The position numbers and the translations under genes were made by a program. A DNA stretch of 64,000 bases, from positions 34,864,591 through 34,928,590 of the forward strand of contig NC_090391.1 of NCBI RefSeq assembly GCF_036365525.1, written 5' to 3'. The number at the start of each line of letters is the position of its first letter. The first letter of the stretch is position 1. Shown here piece after piece: positions 11,831-21,145 of the stretch. This stretch comes from Heterodontus francisci (Eukaryota). The notes under the pieces were generated by a model. That model was not told the DNA's origin, searched no databases, and worked only from the letters and a program-made list of their open reading frames with translations.

Positions 11831-13289
11831 TTGTATAATAAGTACCTCGATTTGACCTCCCATCAATCTTCTTTAGACAACGGAATACAAACCTCACGAA
11901 AGCAGCCTGCCCTCATAATGTAACCCAATGAGCTCAATATCATCTAGTCAATCTGTGCTGCAACTTCTCAAAGGCTAATAGATTCTTGAACTGAACACAG
12001 CGACTCCAGAAGGGTTCTTACTATGAACGCATGCACCTGAAACAGCACTTCCATCCTTTTGTATTCCCAAACGTCTTGAGGTAACTGCATACTGAATCGC
12101 TGTTTCGGCGTATTATGGGCATAAAACACCAACTTGGCCCCCGGTGCAAGAATTTGAACAGTGGGTTAACCAGGTGAATGGGGGTGTGGAATTTCACAAA
12201 GAGGTGCAACGCTCACCTTGTTTTCGGAGTGTAGAAGCTGGAGTCATCGAGTCTTAGAGTCACAGTGTCCTTCATGGCACAGAAGGAGTCCATTCGGCCC
12301 ATCCAGTTCATGCCAGCTCTCCACGGAACTATGAAGTCTTTCCCACTCCCTGGCACGATCCCCCTTACCTCTACTAGCATCAGTAATGGCGAAAGAGGGA
12401 ACTGTTCCACTGGAAAGGGCTCCACTTAAACCGAGCTGGGAACAATGTCCGAGTGAATTGAATAACCCGGACACTGGGTCAAAATCCTGGAACTCCCTCC
12501 CTAATAGAACTGTGGGTGTACCTGCCCGACATGGATTGCAGCGGGTCAAACAGGCAGCTCAGCACAATCTTCTCAATGGCAATTAAAGATGGGCAATATA
12601 TGTTAGGCTTTGCTAGCAATGCCCAGACACCTGCAGAAGAGATGATTCAAAAGAAAAATCCCTGTTCAGCTGCCAAGACAAAAAGAGACCGGCAAAAAAA
12701 CAACTGCCAGGAATGACAATGTGACCCTTATGGAATGTGCCAGATGCCTTTACATTGATAGTATGGATGTTTTAACCTGTTAGCGCTGCGGGATTGCTTC
12801 CTTACTCTAACTAATTTCTTCTCTATTCTGAGGCCAGGTGCCAATCCAATATGACAGGAGAATTTTGTTGTGTTTCTTTCTGGGAAGCGGCCTTGCATTG
12901 ATAGATAGTTAAGATGCTTTAATAATTTTATAAAGTAATGCACATTTCATTGTACAGCAATACTGCGTTTTCAATGTCTCAATAAACGCATGACAATTTC
13001 ACAACTGACACTGTACTGGTGTTTTTCTAGTGCTACCAGAGGGAAGTGATGTTCCACAATAATCAGTTCTGAAAGCATAATTTATATTAGTGAGACAGGG
13101 ATCCCATTTATTCTCACTGCCTCTTTCTCTCCCTCTCTGTTATAGGAACGGGAGGAGATCATTCAGCTCCTTGATCCTGCTCTCATTCAGTGACATCTCA
13201 GCTGATCTGGATCTTAACCCTATCTGCCTGCCTTGGTTGTTACACCGTTAATCCCCGTGTTCAACAAAAATCTATGTGGGGTCGCTTAC

Positions 13290-15880
13290 CCTTATCTGTC
13301 GCATGCCACTTCTGGTGATTGGCATTATTACATACTTTAAATTCACCAGGTATCTTCTCGTGTGAATTACTACTGCATATTTCACATTTTTCCAGACGAG
13401 GCCTGGTTTGCATTGTTATTGTTTGACATTTACCAGATTTGGTCCAGCGTGCCTTATTATTAAATGTTCCACACTTACCGGATGCTTCCAAGTGTGCATT
13501 ATTATCTAAATGTAATACATTCCAGATGTGAGCTAGTGTGCATTATTATTAAATGTTTCTTAATTACCTGATGTGGTCCAGTGCACATCATTACTAAAAT
13601 CTTCACATTTATCAGCTGCTGCCCAACGCGCTTTATTGCTAAATACATATTTACCAGAGTGGTCAATGTGCATTATTATTAAATGTTTCACATTTATCAG
13701 ATGCAGTGCAATGTGAACTATTACTGAATGCTTCTTTATTTACCAGATGTGATCTAGTGGGCATATTGATTAAATGCTTCACACTTACCAGATGCTGCCC
13801 AGTATGCATTATTACTAAATGCTTCACATTTACCAAATGTGGTCCTATGTGTAGTATCATTAAATGCTTCATATCTTCGAGTTGCAGTCTTGTTTGCATT
13901 AGAATTAAAGGCTTCACGTTTACCAGAGGTGATCAAATGTGCTCTTTTAATAAAGGCATCTTATTGACCAATTATGGTCTCGTGTGCATTATTAATAAAT
14001 GTTTCACATTTACCAGATGTGGTCGAGAGTGAATTATTATTGAACACTTCTTATTTACCGATGTGCTCTTGTGGGCCATATTATTAAAGGCTGCACATTT
14101 ACCAGATGTAGCCCAGCATGCATTATTACTAAGGGATTAACATTTACCAGATGTGGTCTAATGTGCGTTAGCAGTATATTTTTCACATTTTCCAGATGCT
14201 GCCCAGTGAGCCTTATTATTAAATAATTAAATTTATCAGAGATAGTCCAGTGTGTATTACTATTAAAATTTTCACATTTTCCGGATACAGTCTGCTGTAC
14301 ATTGTTATAAATTGTTTCACTTATCCCTGATGTGGTCCAGTTTGCCTTATTATTAAATGTTTCACAATTACCAGATGCTGCCAGGGTGCATTACTAGTAA
14401 CAGTTTCACACATTCCAGTGTGGTCCAGTATGCATGATTATTATTAAATGTTTCAGAAGGTTCAGATACGTCTAGTGTGATTCATTATTAAATACTTCAC
14501 ATTTACCACATTAAATCTGCTATGCATTATTATTAAATGTTTTGCATTTATTTGTTGCTGCCAGTGCGCAGCATTATTAAATACTTCACATTTACCAGAT
14601 GTGGTCAATGTGTGTATTGCTATTAAATATTTTACTTTTGCCAGATGTGATTATGTGTACAATATTATTAAATGTTTCATTTTTACCTGATGTGGTCCCG
14701 TGTGCCCTATTATTAAATGTTTCACATTTATCAGATGCTGCCCAATGTGAAATATTATTACATTATACACATTTACTTGATGTGGCCCATTATTATTACA
14801 TATTTTGTATTTGCCAGAAGCAGTGTAGTATGAATTATTATTGAATGCTTAGGTTTTTTTAGCAGGTGTGATCCAATGGGCCTTATTATTAAATACTTCA
14901 CATTTAACAAACGTGGTTCCCTTCTATTATTATTAAATGCTTCACAGTTTCGAACTGCAGTCTTGTGTGCAGTATTATTCAAAGCTTCAAATTTACCAGA
15001 TGTGGTCAAGTGTGAACTATTATTAAAATCTTCATATTTACCAGATGGGGTCCAGTGTGCGTAAGAAACAAATGTTTCACATTTAGCAGATGCTGCCCAC
15101 TGAGAATTATTATTAAACACTTTACATTTGCCAGGTGCGGTCCAGTATTTATCACTAATACATATTTCACATTTTCTGGATGCGGTCTAGTGTGTATTAT
15201 TATTATTATTATTAATAATGATTTTACACTTTCCAGATGCGGTCTAGTGTGTATTATTATTATTATTATTATTAATAATTGATTCACACTTTCCAGATGC
15301 GGTCTAGTGTGTAGTATTATTATTATTAATAATTGTTTTACACTTTCCAGATGCGGTCTAGTGTGTAGTATTGCTAAATGTTTCATTGTGACCAGATGTG
15401 GCCCAATGCACTTTATTTAGTATTAAATGTTTCAGCTTGACCAATTGTTGCCCAGTGTGTATTATTGTTAAATGTGTCACATTTATCAGATTTGGTGTAC
15501 TGTATATTACTATTATAATTGTCACATTAGCACAATGTGGTCTGGTGTTCATTACATTAAATGCTTTACATTTAACACAATGCAGGGCAGTTTTCGTTAT
15601 TATTATGTTTTCCTGATGTGTCCATGTGCATTATAATTACTAGTCTCACATCTGCCTGATTTGATCAAGACTGCAATGTTATTAAACTCTTCATATTTTA
15701 CAGTTGTGGTCTAGCATGTATTATTATTGAACACTTCACATTTACCAGATTTAATCCAATTCACCTCAGTGTTATTTGTTCCACATTTAACTGATCGTGT
15801 CCAATGTGCATTATTATTGAACATTTCACGTTTGTCAGTTGTGTCCCAATTAGCATTTTATTATTACGTGCTTCACGGTG
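13290..15880. repeat. Degenerate 45-bp tandem array, consensus ~CACATTTACCAGATGTGGTCCAGTGTGCATTATTATTAAATGTTT
   Basis: CATTT(A/T)CCAG recurs at 14096, 14141 and 14186. About 55 units, with (TAT)n expansions inside units at 15195-15330. Confidence 0.92.
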
Positions 15881-16083
15881 TTCAGGTGTGTTCCATGTTT
15901 TTTATCCTCTTCTTCTGCGTTTTCCATTTTGTTTTTCTTGCATTTCAGATGCTTATTTTTTTCTATTTCATACCCATGCGAGGGGCAGGCCCGTTCTTCT
16001 GCCTATTGTATTATTTTCAAACTCTCTCGCAGAGCACCAGCCTGTTTCGGTCCATCACCAGTCAGTGTTATGAAATAGAAGAA

Positions 16084-16384
16084 GAGTTTCTTTTGGCGCC
16101 GGAGGAACCGGAAGCTGGTCGGCAGCGAGGACTCCTGGGTAGGTATTTTCCTTAAAGGTGCGGAGCTCCGTGGACTCGGCCTCATTTCCCGGCGGAGCAG
16201 CAGGAGAAGGTAGCGACTCTTCGGTGGGTGAGTGAAGGCATCAGGAGCTGTGTTTTAAAAGTAAGTACTTACTGTTTTACTTACTGTTTTCCTTGTCTTT
16301 GAGTTTCTTTTGGCGCCGGAGGAACCGGAAGCTGGTCGGCAGCGAGGACTCCTGGGTAGGTATTTTCCTTAAAGGTGCGGAGCT
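16084..16384 (+). repeat. Two identical 84-bp direct repeats in the CR1 5'UTR (16084-16167, 16301-16384)
   Basis: GAGTTTCTTTTGGCGCCGG...AAAGGTGCGGAGCT occurs twice, 217 bp apart. Confidence 0.92.
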
Positions 16385-16561
16385 GAGTAAACCCGAGCCA
16401 CTACACATGTAGTGTCTCCCACCCATCCTCCTCCTGTAACCTAATAATAAGACCCTTTTTACCCTCCTCCTCTAACCAAAAAGGACTGAGCAGGTAAGCT
16501 ATTTACTGTTTTTGTTAATATCTATAGTTGTACTTAACTAAGGGGTAATTGAATAAAAGAA

Positions 16562-17482
16562 ATGGCAGCCAGTGTAGTGTATTGCTCCTCCTGCAGAATG
16601 TTCGAGGTGAGGGAAACCTCCGGTGGCCCTGCCGACTTCACCTGCTGGAAGTGCATCCGTCTCCAGCTCCTATCAGACCGTGTTAGGGAATTGGAGCTGG
16701 AGCTGGATGAACTGAGGATCATTCGGGAAGCTGAGGGGTTGATAGATAGAAGCTACACGGAGGTCGTTACTCCACAAATCAAAGGCAGCTGGGTAACAGT
16801 TAGAGGTGGGAAGAGGTCAGTGCAGGGATCTCCTGTGGTCGTTCCCCTCAACAACAAGTATACAGTTTTAGATACTGTTGGGGGGGACGGCCTATCGGGG
16901 GCAGGCTGCAGTGACCGGGCCTCTGGCACGGGGTCCTGCACTGTGGCTCAGAAGGGAAGGAGGGAGAATGGGAGAGCACTAGTCATCGGGGACTCGATGG
17001 TGAGGAGTACGGACAGGCGGTTCTGTGGGCGCAGGCGAGACGCACGGATGGTTTGTTGCCTCCCTGGTGCCAGGGTCCGTGATGTTTGTGATCGCGTCTT
17101 CAGGATCCTTAAAGGGGAGGGGGAGCAGCCAGAGGTCGTGGTGCACATTGGCACCAACGACGTAGGAAGGAAGGGTGGCACAGATGTTAGAAGTGAGTTT
17201 AGGGAGTTAGGCTGGAAGCTGAAAGCTCGGACGGACAGAGTTGTTATCTCTGGTTTGTTGCCGGCGCCACGTGATAGTGAGGCTAGGAATAGGGAGAGAG
17301 CACAGCTGAACACGTGGCTGCAGGAATGGTGTAGGAGGGAGGGCTTCCAGTTCTTGGATAATTGGACTGCATTCTGGGGAAGATGGGACCTGTTCAAACA
17401 GGACGGGCTGCATCTGAACCAGAGGGGCACCAATATCCTGGGAGGGAGGTTTGCTAGTACTGTTCGGGAGGGTTTAAACTAG
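16562..17482 (+). CDS. CR1 ORF1p: CxxC/CxxC zinc finger, coiled coil and SGNH/GDSL esterase
   Basis: 306 aa; CSSC...CWKC, leucine-zipper-like LELELDEL, GDSMVR, HIGTND, DGLHLN. Confidence 0.93.
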   Translation: MAASVVYCSSCRMFEVRETSGGPADFTCWKCIRLQLLSDRVRELELELDELRIIREAEGLIDRSYTEVVTPQIKGSWVTVRGGKRSVQGSPVVVPLNNKYTVLDTVGGDGLSGAGCSDRASGTGSCTVAQKGRRENGRALVIGDSMVRSTDRRFCGRRRDARMVCCLPGARVRDVCDRVFRILKGEGEQPEVVVHIGTNDVGRKGGTDVRSEFRELGWKLKARTDRVVISGLLPAPRDSEARNRERAQLNTWLQEWCRREGFQFLDNWTAFWGRWDLFKQDGLHLNQRGTNILGGRFASTVREGLN

Positions 17483-17499
17483 TTTGGGAGGGGGATGGG
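17473..17499 (+). promoter_or_regulatory. Candidate -1 programmed ribosomal frameshift signal (U_UUA_AAC plus G-rich downstream element)
   Basis: ORF1 ends GGT TTA AAC TAG. The heptamer is phased X_XXY_YYZ and ORF2 lies in the -1 frame. Confidence 0.65.
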
Positions 17500-20376
17500 A
17501 ACCGGACTTGTAATCCAGGGACCAGTGGGTCCACTCAGAAAGACAAAGAGTGTAGTGAGGTATTGGGGAAGGTAGCACTGTCACAGAGGACAGATGGGCA
17601 CGGAGAAGGGTTAAAGTGCGTATACTTCAACGCAAGAAGCATCAGGAATAAGGTGAGTGAATTGAAGGCGTGGATGGGCACTTGGGACTACGATGTTGTG
17701 GCCATCACTGAAACGTGGATAGGTGAGGGGGAGGAATGGTTTTTGGAGGTACCTGGTTATAGATGTTTTCATAAGATTAGGAATGGTGGTAAAAGAGGTG
17801 GGGGGGGGGTGGCATTGTTAGTTAGAAATAGTGTAACAACTGCTGAAAGAATTTTCGAGGAGGATCTGCCGACTGAGGCACTGTGGGTTGAGGTCAGGAA
17901 CAGGAAAGGAGCAGTCACCTTGATGGGAGTTTTCTATAGGCCCCCCAATAGCAGCAGGGAGGTGGAAGAGCAGATTGGGAAACAGATTTTGGAAAGGAGC
18001 AGAAGTCACAGGGTAGTAATTATGGGGGATTTCAACTTCCCAAATATTGATTGGCAACTCTTTAGATCGAATAGTTTGGATGGGGTAGTGTTTGTGCAGT
18101 ATGTCCAGGAAGCTTTTCTGACTCAGTATGTAGACTGCCCGACCAGAGGGGAGGCAATATTGGATTTGGTACTAGGTAATGAACCAGGGCAAGTGATAGA
18201 GCTGTTGGTGGGCGAGCACTTTGGAGATAGTGATCACAATTCTGTAGCATTCACTGTGGTAATGGAGAGGGATAGGTATGTGCAACAGGGCAAGGTTTAC
18301 AATTGGGGGAAGGGTAGATATGATGCTGTCAGGCAGGAACTGAGGAGCATAAGTTGGGAGCATATGCTGGCAGGGAAGGGCACGGTCGAAATGTGGAACT
18401 TTTTCAAGGAGCAGATAGTAGGGGCCATTGATAAGCATGTCCCTGTCAGACAGGGAAGGGATGGTCATGTGAGGGAACCGTGGTTGACAAGAGAGGTTGA
18501 GAGTCTTGTTAGGAAGAAGAAGGATGCGTATATAAAGTTGAGGAAAAAGGGCACAGGCATAGCTCTGGAGGGATACAAGATGGCCAGGAAGGATCTGAAG
18601 AAAGGGATTAGGAGAGCTAAGAGAGGGCATGAAAAATGCTTGGCGGGTAGGATAAAAGAAAACCCCAAGGCCTTTTACGCGTATGTCAGAAATATGAGGA
18701 TGACTAGGGGGACCATAGGTCCGGTCAAGGACAATAGCGGGAGACTGTGTGTTGAGCCGGAAGAGATAAGTGAGGTTTTGAATGAGTACTTCTCTTCGGT
18801 ATTTACGAATGAGAAGGGGTGTATTACTGAAGAGGACGGTGTGAAACAGACTGGTAAGCTCGAGGAAGTGCTCGTTAGGAGGGAAGATGTGTTGGGGTTT
18901 TTGAATAACTTGAAGATAGACAAGTCTCCCGGGCCTGACGGGGTATATCCAAGGATGTTATGGGAAGCAAGGGATGAAATTGCAGAGCCGCTGGCAATGA
19001 TCTTTTCATCTTCTCTGCTGACGGGGGTGGTACCAGGTGATTGGAGGGTGGCAAATGTTGTGCCCCTGTTCAAGAAAGGGAATAGGAACAACCCTGGGAA
19101 TTACAGGCCAGTTAGTCTTACTTCGGTGGTAGGCAAGTTGATGGAAAAGGTGCTGAGGGATAGGATTTCTGAGCATCTGGAAAGACACTGCTTGATTCGG
19201 GACAGTCAGCACGGTTTTGTGAGGGGTAGGTCTTGCCTCACAAGCCTGATTGAATTCTTTGAGCAGGTGACCAAGCAAGTGGATGAGGGTAAACCAGTGG
19301 ATGTGGTGTACATGGATTTTAGTAAGGCATTTGATAAGGTCCCCCATGGTAGACTTATGGAGAAAGTCAGGAGGCATGGGATAGTGGGGAATGTGGCCAG
19401 TTGGATTAAGAATTGGCTAACTGATAGAAGGCAGAGAGTGGTCTTAGATGGTAAATACTCAGCCTGGAGCCCAGTTACCAGTGGCGTGCCGCAGGGATCA
19501 GTTCTGGGTCCTCTCCTGTTTGTGATTTTTATTAACGACTTGGATGAGGAAGTCGAAGGGTGGGTCAGTAAATTTGCAGATGATACAAAGGTTGGTGGAG
19601 TTGTGGATACCGAGGAGGGCTATTGTCGTCTGCAAAGGGACTTGGATAGGTTGCAGTGCTGGGCTGAAAAGTGGCAGATGGAGTTTAACCCTGAAAAGTG
19701 TGAGGTCGTCCATTTTGGAAGGACAAACACGAATGCAAAATACTGGGTTAACGGTAGGGTTCTTGGGCATGTGGAGGAGCAGAGAGACCTTGGGGTCTAT
19801 GTGCAGAGATCGTTGAAAGTTGCAACTCAAGTGGATAGGGCTGTGAAGAAGGCATATGGGGTGTTAGCGTTCATTAGCAGAGGGATTGAATTTAAGAGCC
19901 GTGAGGTGATGATGCAGCTGTACAGGACCTTGGTAAGGCCTCATTTGGAGTACTGTGTGCAGTTCTGGTCGCCTCATTTTAGGAAGGATGTGGAAGCCTT
20001 GGAGAGGGTGCAGAGGAGATTTACCAGGGTGTTGCCTGGAATGGAGAATAAGTCTTACGAGGAAAGGCTGAACATTCTAGGCCTCTTCTCATTAGAACGG
20101 AGAAGGATGAGGGGTGACATGATAGAGGTTTATAAGATGATCAGGGGAATAGATAGGGTAGACAGTCAGAAACTTTTTCCCCGGGTGGAGCAAAGCGTTA
20201 CAAGGGGTCATAAATTTAAGGTGAAGGGTGGGAGATATAAGGGGGATGTCAGGGGAAGGTTCTTTACCCAGAGAGTGGTCGGGGCATGGAATGCCTTGCC
20301 TGGGGAAGTTGTTGAGTCAGAAACTTTAGGGACTTTCAAACGGCTTTTAGATAGGTATATGGATAAAGGAGAATGA
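17479..20376 (+). CDS. CR1 ORF2p: APE endonuclease plus reverse transcriptase (no AUG before the APE; start inferred from a -1 frameshift)
   Basis: Frame is open from 17458 to TGA 20374-20376; motifs YFNARS, ITETW, GDFN, SDH, YRPVSL, DFSKAFD, GVPQGS, FADD. Confidence 0.93.
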   Translation, partial: LVWEGDGNRTCNPGTSGSTQKDKECSEVLGKVALSQRTDGHGEGLKCVYFNARSIRNKVSELKAWMGTWDYDVVAITETWIGEGEEWFLEVPGYRCFHKIRNGGKRGGGGVALLVRNSVTTAERIFEEDLPTEALWVEVRNRKGAVTLMGVFYRPPNSSREVEEQIGKQILERSRSHRVVIMGDFNFPNIDWQLFRSNSLDGVVFVQYVQEAFLTQYVDCPTRGEAILDLVLGNEPGQVIELLVGEHFGDSDHNSVAFTVVMERDRYVQQGKVYNWGKGRYDAVRQELRSISWEHMLAGKGTVEMWNFFKEQIVGAIDKHVPVRQGRDGHVREPWLTREVESLVRKKKDAYIKLRKKGTGIALEGYKMARKDLKKGIRRAKRGHEKCLAGRIKENPKAFYAYVRNMRMTRGTIGPVKDNSGRLCVEPEEISEVLNEYFSSVFTNEKGCITEEDGVKQTGKLEEVLVRREDVLGFLNNLKIDKSPGPDGVYPRMLWEARDEIAEPLAMIFSSSLLTGVVPGDWRVANVVPLFKKGNRNNPGNYRPVSLTSVVGKLMEKVLRDRISEHLERHCLIRDSQHGFVRGRSCLTSLIEFFEQVTKQVDEGKPVDVVYMDFSKAFDKVPHGRLMEKVRRHGIVGNVASWIKNWLTDRRQRVVLDGKYSAWSPVTSGVPQGSVLGPLLFVIFINDLDEEVEGWVSKFADDTKVGGVVDTEEGYCRLQRDLDRLQCWAEKWQMEFNPEKCEVVHFGRTNTNAKYWVNGRVLGHVEEQRDLGVYVQRSLKVATQVDRAVKKAYGVLAFISRGIEFKSREVMMQLYRTLVRPHLEYCVQFWSPHFRKDVEALERVQRRFTRVLPGMENKSYEERLNILGLFSLERRRMRGDMIEVYKMIRGIDRVDSQKLFPRVEQSVTRGHKFKVKGGRYKGDVRGRFFTQRVVGAWNALPGEVVESETLGTFKRLLDRYMDKGE

Positions 20377-20533
20377 TGGGGTATAGATTAAATTGTCCTT
20401 GACAGAGGACAAAGGATCGGCACAACATCGTGGGCCGAAGGGCCTGTTCTGTGCTGTATTTTTCTATGTTCTATGTTCTAATGTGGGTTGATATTTACAC
20501 AGCCTGATCCAGCTTTCTCCCAATTACTTGCTA

Positions 20534-20745
20534 TTAACATAATCTCCCATTCAGTGTGGCCAGATACTTCATCCCATTCTTCAGCTCTTCTCTGAATTCT
20601 CTTTGTGTAAGTCCATACATACACGTTTTGGTGCAAGAACTGAGAAGCTGCAGCATGAATCCCATTTGCTGGGTGATGTATATTGGGTTACCATAGTATT
20701 TGTTTGAAAAATTGTAGTTTGTCACCCGCCACATGAGGGAATGTC
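20534..20745 (-). pseudogene. GPR139/142-like GPCR C-terminal fragment (TM7/helix 8)
   Basis: PIYITQQMGFMLQLLSSCTKTCMYGLTQREFREELK is homologous to PLYITEYTAAMLQLLSSCTNTCIYAVTQTKFREELK of the 33060-33890 ORF. Confidence 0.85.
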
Positions 20746-21029
20746 CGGCAGTATTTCTCCTGAATTGTGCAATTAATGGAGTCGCCAAGTGTTATCTATC
20801 TAAACATAATTAATGAAGACCTTTGCTCATTATGGATAAACCATTCCCAGTTGTTTTGCCATCGCATCAAGTTTAAACAGCCATGTATCCGTTTGCAAGA
20901 CTGAAATGCACTGTTCGCAGCTACCTAACAACCAATCGCGTTCACACACAGATAACTGTTGGACAGCAACCTCACCAGTGGAGAGCCTACAAGGCTTGTC
21001 CTGTCCTCTTATCTCAGGTCTCCAGAAGA

Positions 21030-21145
21030 GAAAAAGTTGCTGATGAAGGGTTATCGAGCTGAACAAACTGAAATGTTAACTCTGTTTCTCTCACAACAGA
21101 AGCTGCCAGACATGCTGGTTATTTCCAGCGATTTATTTCTTTAAC
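21030..21145 (+). mobile_element. Degenerate Penelope terminal fragment with hammerhead remnant
   Basis: CTGATGAAGGG...GAAATGTTAACTCTGTTTCTCTC...GCTGCCAGACATGCTG. Confidence 0.6.

Larger units (their letters stand above)
16080..20480 (+). mobile_element. Full-length intact CR1 LINE (HER1-like), potentially active
   Basis: GC-rich 5'UTR, uninterrupted ORF1 and ORF2, 3'UTR GGGCCGAAGGGCCTGTTCTGTGCTGTA and (TTCTATG)n tail at 20462-20480. The 5' boundary is approximate. Confidence 0.95.

Noticed and set aside
13290-15880. CRISPR array or zinc-finger/Cys-rich protein (KCFTFTRCGPVCIII, HTGPHL repeats)
   Set aside because: Units are contiguous with no unique spacers and there are no cas genes. All frames contain frequent stops and indels, so this is a satellite.
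17563-17565. TTG start of ORF2 given by the ORF track
   Set aside because: This is a prokaryotic-style start call; the frame is open further upstream to 17458.
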